DNA of 64,000 nucleotides, the filler included, from Basidiobolus ranarum (lineage: Eukaryota): assembly GCA_040143965.1 (NCBI GenBank). It is 26 parts of 26 records of this genome, joined end to end, with 100 filler letters (N's around TTAATTAATTAA, not from the genome) between each part and the next. Parts side by side here need not be neighbours in the genome. Positions count along the whole stretch, not along the records: positions 1 to 2,376 come from JASJQH010003407.1; positions 2,477 to 4,850 come from JASJQH010003408.1; positions 4,951 to 7,324 come from JASJQH010003409.1; positions 7,425 to 9,796 come from JASJQH010003410.1; positions 9,897 to 12,268 come from JASJQH010003411.1; 21 more parts are not named here. One strand, given 5' to 3'. Numbering within the stretch: position 1 is the first letter of the stretch; each line of letters starts with the position of its first letter. Under the pieces are notes generated by a model. It did not search any database and was not told where the DNA came from. It was given only the letters and a program-made list of their open reading frames with translations. Shown here piece after piece: positions 1 to 12,252 of this stretch. Both the position numbers and the translations under genes were made by a program.

Positions 1-273
1 GACGGAAGAACTACGAATGGGGAACACCGTCCTCTCGACTGGGTTAAGGAGGGAACTGAACTCACCCTTAGTGAAAATCAACTTCTTGTAACGATGGACA
101 GCTCTCTCGAGAATATCAGCTCCTGCTGGGGCTTTGATAGAAATATCAAGTTCATGTCTGCTCAAACGAATGATGTTGTGACCAACATCCATCTTCGCAG
201 GCAAGGGCCAGACCCAGGCCATGGAAGTGGCAGCCAAAAGAGAGATTGTAGTAAGGAGTTTAATTGCAACCAT
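1..273 (-). CDS. beta-N-acetylhexosaminidase (GH20), N-terminal part, runs off the window start
   Basis: Manual translation from ATG 273: MVAIKLLTTISLLAATSMAWVWALPAKMDVG...ILERAVHRYKKLIF. Signal peptide plus the VW(P)LP and IL..A..RY...IF pattern of eukaryotic GH20 N-terminal domains. TATAAATA about 65 bp upstream. Not in the ORF track. Confidence 0.7.
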   Translation of the reverse strand, partial: MVAIKLLTTISLLAATSMAWVWPLPAKMDVGHNIIRLSRHELDISIKAPAGADILERAVHRYKKLIFTKGEFSSLLNPVERTVFPIRSSSV

Positions 274-1395
274 GACTTAATCCTGAAGTCGAGTGTAGTT
301 AGTATTCGATGCTCTATTCCTCTACGCTACCTCAGTATTTATATGGCTGTAGCTTACACGGTCCGCTCATGAGTCAAGGCCCCATACGAAATTTTATTTC
401 ATTAATATAGAATTATCTTGTGTGTGCGATGTAAACAACTATTTGAAAAGGAAGAGCTTCTATTGTTGACACATTAGTTAATATGATATACCGAGGTCAA
501 TAGTTCAATATTTAATAGGCAAACTAGTCGTAACTTGTTTTTAACCTTTTGCTAAATTGGTGAGTTCTGACATCCCATGCAACTAAATGCAATATGCAAG
601 AGAATCAAGAATAACCTATTTTAATCCATGTTAATAGGTGTAATATATCGAATGGTTCATGTTGCACGTTGTCCAGGTGAATATCAATCAAGATAAGTGA
701 CTGATCCTCCAATCTCGGAGTTGAAAACGGTTACTAATTGTACCCGTATTCATTAGATAGAAACGAAAGTGGAGTAATTAAGTCCATAGTGGTTTGGTGG
801 AACCAGTTGCTGAGGTGAATACTGTTACTATTTCGCCGGAATTACACCCCGTGTGACTAGTTACAAAGACTCTCTTGTCAATGTCATTTATCCTTTTATA
901 TCAATATGGCGGACACCAATATTTGTCAGGTGACACCACCTTCAAAATAGCTGCCATGGATATCTGCAAAGATTCGCATTAATCACCATATTCAGATGTG
1001 GCTGTTATGACGGTATGATAGCATTTGGAATAAAGATCTAAGTTTACTTTTCTTTCGATGGGTATGTTGATACTCAAAGGTGACAGGATCTGTGTACCTA
1101 GCATTACCTAACCCTCAGAATTTGTCACCTTAGTAGTCACATATTCTGCAAATTTAGTAGGGTATTAAGCTACAGCGACCATAGGGGTGCAGCATTCAAG
1201 GAAGTTTTGTGAATAATTGAACAATGCAAATAATGGTGATTGGAGAAAAGAGAATGTACCGGAGTCTTTACTTGTCCATAATCTCACCAAAATAAATAAA
1301 TAAATCCACTTCCAATACGAGGTAAGATCATCAACAGTGCCTTCTATACTTTGGCTTGTTTCTTCCACTTTTTTTCCTTCTTTCTTTTGTAAATC

Positions 1396-2376
1396 ATGTT
1401 CTTCCCTAGTCAGTACGTTCTATTGGTCGGACTTTTTGGTAGCTTCGCTTCTACACAAGATATCGGCGCCAATATTTTGACACAATGTACTAAACCTGGT
1501 CAATTTGCACTCACTTTCGATGACGGTAAGTTCCCCAATCATCGATTACCATTGAACTTTCTTACTGATTCGACACTATTTAGGACCAGGACCAGGTACG
1601 GGAAAATTACTCGAGATTCTTAAGAAGAAGGAAGTCAAGGCCACGTTCTTTTCACTCGGAGTACAAGCAAGAGATAGTAACTTGGGGAAATACCTCAAGT
1701 TAGCATTAGATGATGGTCATCAGATTGCTTCTCACACTGATCGTCATCTATCCTTGAATACAATGACTCCCGAAGAGATACGAGAAGAAATGAAAATGGC
1801 GGAGAATTCAATCAAAGGAGCAACAGGTGTGGTCCCTATTTATATGAGACCACCCTATGGCGATTGCAATCCAGCCTGTCAAGAAGTAATGAAGTCTCTT
1901 GGATATCATATTGTTGCATGGAACGTGGATTCCAACGACTGGCAATATGTTGCCACTCCAGAGAATTATGATTCTTTGGTGACTAACATGGCCCAAAAAT
2001 TAGATCCCTCCAACCCTAAAGTAGATAGTTTCATCTCCTTACAACATGATATCCATGATTTCAGCATTGAGAGAACTAGCAAAATCATTGATCTGATCAG
2101 AGAGAAAGGCTATCAATTCACTACTGTTGCTGAATGCTTAGGAGATCAATGGCCAATGTACCAAGGTGATTCCCCAGATCTAGCCAACGTGATAGTGCCC
2201 ACCACTAGCATACCTACTCCCACAATTGCTACTTCTACAATTGCTACAGCCACGCCGCCAGTACTAGGCAGTGCGGTTGTAGCGCAAACTGATGCACTCA
2301 AGTCTACACCCTCAAACTATCTGGCTAGTGATAGTAATATTTTCAGGATCCTCTCGTACCTGATTGCCCTGACAAT
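1396..2376 (+). CDS. chitin deacetylase (CE4/NodB polysaccharide deacetylase), secreted, probably GPI-anchored; 3' end truncated
   Basis: Exon 1396-1525, intron 1526-1583 (GTAAGT..TACTGAT..TAG), exon 1584-2376. Splicing restores TFDDGP. Also HTxxH, RPPYG, DSNDW and LQHD motifs, a Ser/Thr/Pro-rich stalk and a hydrophobic tail. Confidence 0.93.
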
Positions 2377-2476
2377 NNNNNNNNNNNNNNNNNNNNNNNN
2401 NNNNNNNNNNNNNNNNNNNNTTAATTAATTAANNNNNNNNNNNNNNNNNNNNNNNNNNNNNNNNNNNNNNNNNNNN
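2377..2476. other. artificial contig linker (first of 25, about every 2.46 kb; last at 61555-61654)
   Basis: N44-TTAATTAATTAA-N44 with stops in all six frames; contig lengths fall steadily from 2374 to 2358. Confidence 0.98.
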
Positions 2477-2979
2477 CTCCCAATGCACAAAATTTTGAAG
2501 GCTACAGTGATGCAGACTGGGGAGAAACCTTGATGATAGAAAACAACAACTGGATACACTCTTTTCTATGGCATTGGAGCCATAACTTGGAATAGTAAGA
2601 AGCAGCCAACCATAGCACTTTCCACTACAGAAGCAGAGTATATGGCTGCCTGTGCTACTACACAAGAAGCTATGTGGTTAAGGAAGTTATTTACAGACTT
2701 AGGATACATGCAAAAACGTGCTATTACTGTATTTGAAGATAATCAAAGTTGTATTTCATTAACTAAAAATCCTACGTTTCATGCTAGAACAAAACATATA
2801 GATTTTAGGCATCATTTTGTTGGAGAAGCAATAGAGAATGATATAATTGAACTTATCTATTGCCCTACAGAAGATATGATAGCTGATATCTTGACCAAAC
2901 GTTTAGCCAAAGCACAATTTGAATTATTAAGATAAAAGTTAGGTTTAAGAGAAATACAAAATAATTAGTTGAGTGGGTA
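2477..2979 (+). mobile_element. Ty1/copia RNase H 3' end with polypurine tract
   Basis: GYSDADWG, SKKQPTIALSTTEAEYMA, EDNQSCI, RTKHID and DMIADILTK motifs; GAGTGGG tract directly before the LTR. Confidence 0.93.
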
Positions 2980-3330
2980 TGCTGAAATTAGGTAAATAGC
3001 AACTCTTATTTAGTAGTTAGTTTATTCATATTCTGATTATTTAGTACTCAATTCTGTCATTCAAAAACGTGTGTTTATTGCTCTAATTGATAGAAATATC
3101 AGTTATATCACTTTTACCAATTTTCACTATTTTCTCAAAACTTCTCCAAATCACCTCAAATTTTCTCCCATGCTTAACAAGCATGTTTGTTATGATCTAA
3201 ACATGTCCAATAGTCCTATTTCATAGTAATCTATAAATAGGACATATTCAATTCAATAAAACTAAAGTGTCTAATTCACAAATCCAAATCTTGTCCAAAA
3301 CACTTCCAAATGCCCTAAACACTTTTATCA
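2980..3330 (+). repeat. copia LTR family E, 3' LTR (351 bp)
   Basis: TG...CA ends, follows the PPT; homologous copies at 53141-53491 (also 351 bp) and 30321-30644 (minus). Confidence 0.85.
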
Positions 3331-3354
3331 GTAATGGTAGGGAAAGAATCTTCA

Positions 3355-4850
3355 CCAAACTAAACATACTAAGGTGTGATAATGGTGGAAAACACTGCTC
3401 GAAACACTTTGCTAGTTTTTGTTCTAAACATGTAATTAAGCAGCAAACTACTGTACCTTATACTCCACAGCAGAATGGAGTTGTATAATGTGCAACAGCA
3501 CCATAGTGGAGATGGCAAGAATGAATGTTACATGATCAAAAGTTTGGTTGGCAATATTGGGCTGACTATGTCTCCATTGCAGTCTGTGTCAAAACAGGTG
3601 CCTAACAAGATTGCAACAAAGTATTACACCATTCAATGTCATATATGGATCAAAACCAAGTGTGGATCATCTTACAATCTTTGGTTGTACAATATGTTGC
3701 CTAATTCTGGCTCAAAAATGCTCTAAAATGGAACCCAAGAGCAGAAAACACATATATCTGGGTTACTGGGATAGATCTTAAGCCTACAGAATGTTTATAT
3801 CAAAAACCAGCACTCAATTAAGTGAAAAGTTGTAATATTTGAAGAAAAAGCAAGTATTTCACCTCAAATCACAGTTCTTGATCCAGTAAATGCAATCAGC
3901 ACTATTCAGGAAGTGTGTGACAAGATTCCAACTGTATCTGAGCACCATTCAACCAATATCACAGCCTCAATTATATCAGCAGATGATTCCTGACCTTAAA
4001 GATCATTGGAAGGATGAATAAGCCAGGAAACTGGTGGGACACTTCCAATGATGATTTCTATGCTTATACAGCATTTAGTGACAAGCCACAGACTTGAGAT
4101 CAAGCTCTGGAGTTTTCAGAATCAATATCATGGGAAAAGCAATTTCTCATGAGTTTTCTTGATATCAGGACAATAAGTTAGTTTCAAATAGGTCTACAAA
4201 GTCAAAAACCCAATCAATGGAATCACAGAAAGGTACAAAGTAAGATTAGTTGCAAAAGGTTATTTCCAGACTCCAGGAGTTGAATTTATTAAAACTTTTT
4301 CCCCCTGTAGCTAAGTCTAGCACCATTATAACAATCATGGCACTCTCAGCCACCCATGACCTTGATTTACATCAAAAGGATACAAAAACAGCCTTTCTGA
4401 ATGGAACCCTGGAAAAAGATATTCAAGTGGAGCAACCAAAATGGATTTGTTGAGCTAAAACACCCTGATTTGGTCTGTGAACTGCAAAAATTGCTATAGG
4501 GACTGAAGCAAGCACCCAGGTTATGGTACAACAAGATAGATTCCTATTTGAAATTACTGGGATTCAAAATATGCACATCGGAGAATAGTATCTATATAAA
4601 AGAAACCAGAAGTAGAATCCTTATCTTGGCACTATATGTCAATCCCTTCATCATAGCCGCAAATGATCTAGAAGCATTTAATTAGACAAGAAGCAACTTA
4701 TCAAACCAATATCAGATGACTGATATGGGTGAGTTAAGCTATTTCCTTGGAATCCAAATCAAGAGAGATAAAGCTTATCAGAAAATCCTGCAAAATCAGT
4801 GTAGAAACATCCTAGACATCTTAAAATCTTCAACATGGATAATAGCTAGC
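3355..4850 (+). mobile_element. decayed Ty1/copia pol (integrase to reverse transcriptase)
   Basis: RCDNGG, TVPYTPQQNGV, KVRLVAKGY, DTKTAFLNG, GLKQAPRLWY and MTDMGELSYFLGIQ motifs, with many stops and frameshifts. Confidence 0.92.
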
Positions 4851-4950
4851 NNNNNNNNNNNNNNNNNNNNNNNNNNNNNNNNNNNNNNNNNNNNTTAATT
4901 AATTAANNNNNNNNNNNNNNNNNNNNNNNNNNNNNNNNNNNNNNNNNNNN

Positions 4951-5021
4951 CCATCGGCATAGAATGCACCATTGTAACTGGTGATGGCAAGGAGAGCTTT
5001 GCGAGGAAGAGTTGGGGACAT
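4951..5021 (-). CDS. HSP31: Hsp31-like glutathione-independent glyoxalase (DJ-1/PfpI family), 5' end only
   Basis: MSPTLPRKALLAITSYNGAFYADG matches the characteristic fungal Hsp31 N-terminus (K.LLA.TSYN..FY.DG); TATAAATA about 55 bp upstream. Only 24 codons present. Confidence 0.75.
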
Positions 5022-5849
5022 AGTAAATATTGATTATTTAGTAGAGTTATGGTGACAACTACCCGTCACTAACCTTATTTATACTATGTCGGATGACAAA
5101 TGTTTCGGAAACTTCTACGTTCATTCTCCATCTGGTTCAGCTGCTCCAACCTTAGTACTTTTCCTATAGAATGTTATGGAATACAGCTAACACCATATTT
5201 GCTGACAAATCCAAACTAACCTTAAATATCTCTACGCATTCTAGCAATGTTTACCCTCATATCTTATCTCATACTATATATGGTTAATCATAATACGTAA
5301 TCCGGAATATAAAACAATCTACGTGATGATTGGCTAGATAGACTTGGAGATGCGGCTCATGATAAAAATTGGGAAATGGGAATTATTAAAATTGGACATT
5401 AAGGTTAATAGCAAATCTTTCACGATTCAGAAAAAAAGTGTTAAGAAATATGACAACATAATTAGGACTTAATCTCAATCTCAATCTGATGTACATATTC
5501 TCAACGGAAACAGTTACGTTAAACTTACAGGTTGTCTTTATTCGCAGAAGGCAAAATATCTATAAATTGTGATCGCCTTTGTCTCCATCTCGGTAGCATC
5601 TGTATTATTCCTCAGTAGATGGCTTTTGATATTGGAGAAATTTCGATACAATACAGAATTCCATTCATGTTGGTATTTACATCAGAAAAAATCACTCACT
5701 TTGATATGGGATTGGTGTGTTTTCCAGTTTTGGGTGTGTGCTGGTGTTGTATACAGCATTGCCGTGGTCACCTGGGTTACTCGAAAACTGATATCACAAA
5801 GATACAAGTTTTCTGAGATTCACAACCCTAAGAGATTCACAACTCTGAC

Positions 5850-7263
5850 AACTTGAATTTTTTCCCCATAATAGGTTTACTATCTTATTACTTATGTCAG
5901 TCTTAGTGATTTGATTGGTCAAGACACCTGAGGGTTAGTGTCATTCTGGCAAGAGTGCACTGTTATTAAGGTTACGGTTAGGTACATTGCTTGATCAATA
6001 TCTCAATTTTGTCCCGCAGATAGTGGATTGCCATGACATCTGGTGCACTTCCTTCATATGGAAAATTATATCCCTAATAGTGCAGGTTTTCTGCTATCAA
6101 GCATCTATTACAATTGCTTAGGCTTAGGGTTAGGTTTTTAGTAACTTTATTGAGCATCACCTATATATGGTGTGCTTTAAGATAATCAAAGAAGGTGAAA
6201 AGTAACATTAAATGAAGAAATATGAAATTCTAGTAGAGCTTACTAGAGAAAGAATAGTATAAAGAATAGGTTCAGCAATATCTATGTAGGAACAAAGCTA
6301 GTGAATCAAATAGTCCATCAACTCAAGTGGACTGGGAATAGGTCAGGCCTAATGGCCAAGATCAAAGCACTCAATCTTTGCTTCAAAGCCTTCTGTTTGT
6401 GAAACTGAAAGAGAGCATCTGTATCCTTAAACCCAAAGCATTTTTCAGCATGAGTGTAAAGGAAGGGATGATGTCACATTGGACTATATGAGCCCAAATG
6501 GAATGTATTCATTCTCCATCAGATGGCTTGAATGGCAAAGAAGTTATCTTTGATGTAGAGTGATACATCAGCACCACCATGTATATGATGGCTCTCCATA
6601 TCAATATGAGAAACTCAATCTTTCTTGGTCTTAGTATTGGACAAATTTGTTACTTTTCTCTGAAGCATAGCCAAAGACAGTGTCAACTTGTTATCTGGAG
6701 AGTTACCACTGTTGGTGGCAAGTTATTGGATCTAACCTACTGGCTTGTGGATTTTCTACTTCATAAGAGAAAGAGCAGTATCAGCAACTTCTTTGTAGTA
6801 TAAGGCTTTTGCCATTACCCAAATAGGATTGGAAGAAAGTGATGTGGCATAGCATAGGCCATATCTAAGGGTTGGAGTTAGGTTAGGGGGGAGACAGTCA
6901 CCAAAAGGTGAAATCTTTATTTCAAACAAAACAAAGAAGCCATAACTACTTTTGTAGTTTCTTAACTAATGTATGGAGATCAGGAGTATTTGTATGAATG
7001 TTGCAAAGCAGAAAAGTTAAGTCAGTAGAATCTAAGACACTGTTAAGTGGAGTGGGAGGGAGTAACAAAGGTAAAAATGGTTTGCAAACAATCGAAATTA
7101 GTGGAATGAGACTAGGATTAACATAAAGCATAAAGGGAGTATGTTTCTGAAGATATTGCTGCCAAAGGTCCACCAAGTATTCCTTGTAGGCAAGGGAGGG
7201 CTTCTCAGCTTGTTCTATAAAGGAAGCAAATTTTCTGACTTCATGATCTCCTAGGTACAACAC
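5850..7263 (-). pseudogene. unclassified decayed coding-like or repeat sequence
   Basis: CpG-depleted; a 105-aa ORF (6946-7263) continues through stops; no motif recognised. Confidence 0.25.
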
Positions 7264-8029
7264 ATTTTCAAACGGAGAACAAGTATATCTTTGAATAGCA
7301 TCGTATTGATACGTGGATATATATNNNNNNNNNNNNNNNNNNNNNNNNNNNNNNNNNNNNNNNNNNNNTTAATTAATTAANNNNNNNNNNNNNNNNNNNN
7401 NNNNNNNNNNNNNNNNNNNNNNNNAATGTTAACTAACTTATATGTTATATATGAAATAGTTAGGTGTATAAAGATAGAGATTACAAATATGATAATGACA
7501 ATAAACTTCAACATTTTGCAGGTGACAAATTAGCATTGAAGTGGTAAATGTGTAAAATTTGTGTTACTTTTTTGCATGTGCATTGATCCATAGTTCACTG
7601 ATATTGTAACCAATCATGTGCAACTATTTTGCCAGATCTTGAAATTTTACTGCTGAAACTAAAAAAATTGATTAAAATCAAATCTAACTTGATAATTTTA
7701 TGATGTTGACTAAATGGTCAGTCCCAAATGGATTAGAATTATGATGGTTTTTCTTCAATAACAATCCTTGAATTTCTGTCAGGGTGGTACTAGTCCTGAT
7801 ATTGCACAACCATCAGCATAGTAAGCAATAATAAGGAAAACTTTGCAATTGATCATTGGATAGCTGTGAAATAAATACTATGCTGTCTGAAAGGAACAAG
7901 ACTGCATGGAATTCAATTTAGTAAGCAATTTAACATGTAACTCAATTTGAAAGGATAAGCTGATGCAGACTGGGTAATTGATACAGAAGACCATAGGTCC
8001 AAAACTTTAAAGTTCCTTGGAGTTGGAAA

Positions 8030-9265
8030 GATCTGTTACTGGCTCCCATGATTGATCATTTGTTAAGTATCACTTCTAGTCCACTAAATATTGCAATTTA
8101 TATTGCTAAATTCTGGAATCTAGAATTTTGCAACTTCATATTAAGGGTGTTCTTCAACTTGGATTGCTGCTGGTGGGTCAATGAATTGGTGTTGACAGGT
8201 ACTTCTGGAATGTGGTTCTAGGAGAGACACATGTAATACATTGTGGACTTTGAAATGATCTAGGGATTCAAGATGGAAGGCTACTGAATTGATTGGCTAA
8301 TAATATTAAAAGACCTTAGTCTTTTATGTTCAAGTTTGTCACAAGGTATATTTGTCTTGATAATTTTATGGATTAGCCACACAAAATCTCCCGGCTTAGG
8401 ATCTGGGTTTGGCTTTCTTTTCTTAGCAGCAAAGTTCTTGTATTGGGATTGAGCATGCTCCAACATTGATGCTTATTGTTTGTGTATGTCCATAATTGTT
8501 TATGGATGTCTTTAAGGAAAGTTGCATGCTCTGAGGCAGCAGGGCTGTTGAAGTTTATTATCATTATTGTCTTTGTTATCTCTATCTTTATAAACCTCAC
8601 TATTTCATATATCACATATAAATTAGTTAAGAATACTTAGTCAAATATCACTCAACTGCAAATTGGAACACATAGTGTAAATGTATGTAAATAATGTGAG
8701 AAGTAGCAATTCCAAATTGAAAATTTCAAACTCATCCAAATTACCCAAATATAGCTCATTTTACTCCCACAAATTTTCTGAACACAACCTCAGTGTTAGT
8801 TTTCTGTATTTACACCAAAATCTGTAAATGCATCAATCCTGGAAAATAAATATTTATCTCATAGAGCTATTCACAACTCCACTTTTCTAGAGTTACTCCA
8901 AACAGCCCATACTTTCCCAATAAGGGCAAGGTAGATTGGATTGAGGGTGAAATGTGAATTGAGGATTGAATCCGTAATTTGCAAAGAAAGGAGTTTGTTT
9001 TGTTGAGGTATCATAAGAGTTGTTGTAAGCAAATTTAGACAAAGGCAAAAGTTGTGTTCAATTATCTTGATTGTCGTTAATAGTTTGTTGCAAATGTTGC
9101 TCCAAAACTTGATTGACTCTTTCTGTTTGGCCATCTGATTGGGGATGGAGGCAGTGGATAAGTTGGCAGAGATACCCAAGGTTTGGAAAAGACTTTTCCA
9201 GAATTTGGATGCAACCGAAGTCCTTTATCAGAGATGATAGCATGAGGGAGTCCATGTAGGCATAA
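8030..9265 (-). mobile_element. Ty3/Gypsy chromovirus integrase C-terminus with chromodomain, interrupted by a solo LTR
   Basis: HPQSDGQTERVNQVLEQ, PGDFVWL, KLEHKRL and HNVLHVSLLEP motifs followed by a PP...EE..YEV chromodomain start. Confidence 0.88.
8546..8922 (+). repeat. solo LTR, family A (377 bp), with 5-bp TSD AGGGC
   Basis: TGTTG...CCCAA(T)A flanked by AGGGC at 8541-8545 and 8923-8927. Other copies at 7425-7513, 9268-9498, 11863-12238, 26975-27086, 29653-29867 and 49359-49688. Confidence 0.9.
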
Positions 9266-9498
9266 GATATTGGGAAAATATGGGCTGTTTGGAGGAACTT
9301 TAGAAAAGTGGAGTTGTGAATAGCATTGTGAGATAATTATTTATTGTCCAGAAATGAAGCATTTATACTTTTTGATTAAAATACACAAAAGTAACACTGG
9401 GGTTGTGTTCAGAACATCTGTGGGAGTAAGATGAGCTATCTTTGGGGCAATTTGGACAAGTTTGGAATTTCTAATATGGAATTACTAATTCTCACATT

Positions 9499-9796
9499 AG
9501 ACTTGTTCCATTGGACCAGGTCAGATCGTGCCGCTTGATCCAGCCTGCTAGTACACCATCTGGCGCAATCTGTCAATTACCATGGCTGGGTCCTATAACA
9601 CTTGATTGGACACTATAAGGAACAATATGGCACTATCTCACCACAATTGGACACGATGATTTTTTTGGAGATATTGTGCCAGCCCGTACCAAGTTACCCA
9701 ATTTAGTATTGCCAAATTACAATTTTGGGTAACTGACAAAGTAAATTCATCCCCTAGTTTGTAACTTACAAATTACTGAATGTGTAACAATAAACA
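9499..9796. mobile_element. terminus of RGACTTGTTCC-TIR DNA transposon family (PIF/Harbinger-like)
   Basis: Same terminus at 17312-17381 and 21830-22115 (opposite orientation); diverged relative at 48368-48530. Confidence 0.7.
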
Positions 9797-11862
9797 NNNN
9801 NNNNNNNNNNNNNNNNNNNNNNNNNNNNNNNNNNNNNNNNTTAATTAATTAANNNNNNNNNNNNNNNNNNNNNNNNNNNNNNNNNNNNNNNNNNNNAAGT
9901 GAATTGAGTTGATGAATAACAAATATTAACAGATTAAAGCCACAAATGAGCTTAAGTACTAGTAGAAAGCAACTAATAATGAAAGGTAGTCATATAGGGT
10001 ATGTATCATATGTTTGAGATGATTTGTAGCTCAATAGAGAAATTCAGGAGAAGAACTTCTTGGGAGAATAAGACAAGTGGCTATAAATGTGAATGCTCAG
10101 TCTCTAGGTTGGCTGACAAACTTTTCTTGACATTTCTAAATGACTTAAAATCAATCATTAAGAAAATTGGTGATATAAGATTCATGTTTTTGAAAGGTGA
10201 ATAATATTGGCAACTCATTTAATCTCTTATTACTACCTTAATCATGATACAGTTGCAGTTATGGGTAATAAGAAAGATTTCTGCTAACTATTCAGAAAAC
10301 ATACCTAACTTCCTTAGATTTGGTACTAGCTAATTTATTAAGATATTTTTTCACTGTAATGAATGCAGCAATGGTCTATTCATTAGGATTGTAAATGCAT
10401 TGTATAGCAACTTCTGGGCCAATTCTGGAATGGCAACTAACTGTTGCAATTTATTTCCCTACAGAGCAAGCTCATTATCATTTTGTGCTATAATTGACAG
10501 ATCCTATTTAGTTCAGTGTCTGTACAACAAAAAATCATTTTATATGTGATCCATTTAGTATAGACATTGTGAGCTAAACTTTGGTAATCACAGTTCCTTT
10601 GGTTAGCTTTGACTTAGGAACCCCAGCTGTACCCTTGCATTAAACACCATGCTAGTCTCTGCTACCTTGTCTAAAAAGCAGGGAAGTAAAGCAATCATAG
10701 AGTGAGAGTGAATGGAAGCAAAGCCATGAATAAGTAGAACTTTGAGAGAGCACATCTGACATCACTGTATTAGAAAGCTCACAGTCTTTAGCTTTTTTTA
10801 GGAGTTTAAGTGGAAACAGTGAATTAACCTTACTTTTGACAATGTAAAAATGCAAAAAATGTTAACTTTGCTTTTTGGTGATCTAAGATGTTGCTTTTTG
10901 CTGAAATTTGAGCTTAGTTTCTCACATGATGAATTTGCTTCCATTGATATCACTATTCAATTAAAAGACATCAATCCATCTGTTAGATAGGATACTTCTC
11001 TCTTTTCACCAAAATCTTGCTTAAAATATGAATTGATTTATTTCTTAAGTTAGTTACAAGCAAGGGCATTATCATGTTTATTATACAACCTGATATACAG
11101 CTAATCATATTCATACATTTCCTAAGTATAGGCCTATATATTTGAATCTTCTGATGGTTTTTTACATTTTCTTGGCTCCCATTTTTTCATACTCTCCTGA
11201 ATATAAAATGTGATCTCCTCTTGCTTGCCCTGTAGAACTTCTGTACATCATTCCATGTGATAAAATGTGGATGCTTAAATTGCTCTGGGACATGCTCCCA
11301 TATTATGATAAACATGTTATAATTTAGATATTTAGGTTTCCATGGTTCTGGTGGTAAAGCTTCTGAAGTATGGAGCACAGCTTTTTTAGTTAGTAGTACT
11401 CAGTGTGCTATACTATGCAAGTAGGGTTCAGCGCTCTTTCTCTGCTGTGCTTCCTTATGCTTCTTATATTAAGTACTTGCTGCAAGATGTTTAGCTTGAG
11501 TCTTTTCTTCAGCACTTCTCTTGCTCCTTGTCTTCACTTGTCAATAACGGTATGCCTTCATGTGGATGTTGAGAACAGATGTGTCTAAACATATTGCATT
11601 GTGTTGCAAATTGTTTGGAGGATAATTCACAATAAATGATATGTTGATGAAATTAATGAAGTGATGAGTTGATTTCCTGAGACAAGAAAGAGTAAAAGTG
11701 TGGTGAGTGCTTTTAAATAAAAAGGTTTCATCATCTGATCATTGCAGATCTCTCAATACATATCAAAATACTATTACTTTGATTAAACTAATCATTTGTT
11801 AGGACTGATCAAACTTTATTTCCAACAGAAACAATTAGTGTATCTTAATTTCTGACAAAATA

Positions 11863-12252
11863 TATTGAAGTTTAGTGTCTTTATCATATTTGTTATCTCA
11901 ATCTTTATACACCTAACTACTTCATATACCACATATAGGTGAGTTAACATTACTTAGTTAAATATCACTTAACTGCAAATAAGATCATGTGTTATATATA
12001 TATGTGAATAATGTGAGAATTAGCAATTCCATATTGGAAATTTCAAACTAATCCAAATTGCCCAAAAGTGGCTCATTTTACTCCCACAGATGTTCTTAAC
12101 ACAACCACAGTGTTAGTTTTCTGTATTTCTACCAAAAAGTATAAATGCTTTGTTTCTGGACAATAAAAATTATCTCACAAAGCTATTAACAACTCCACTT
12201 TTCAAAAGTTCCTCCAAACAGCCCATATTTTCCAAATAGGTTATGAGCCCTG
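11863..12252 (+). mobile_element. copia family A 5' LTR with half-tRNA-iMet primer-binding site
   Basis: LTR is followed directly by GGTTATGAGCCCTG (12239-12252), the complement of the initiator-Met tRNA anticodon arm. Confidence 0.85.

Noticed and set aside
94..372. 92-aa plus-strand ORF (likewise 43761-44249 minus)
   Set aside because: Antisense shadows of the GH20 and Rad4 coding sequences.
6118..6140. TTAGGG telomere-like run
   Set aside because: Only about three degenerate units, internal to a contig.
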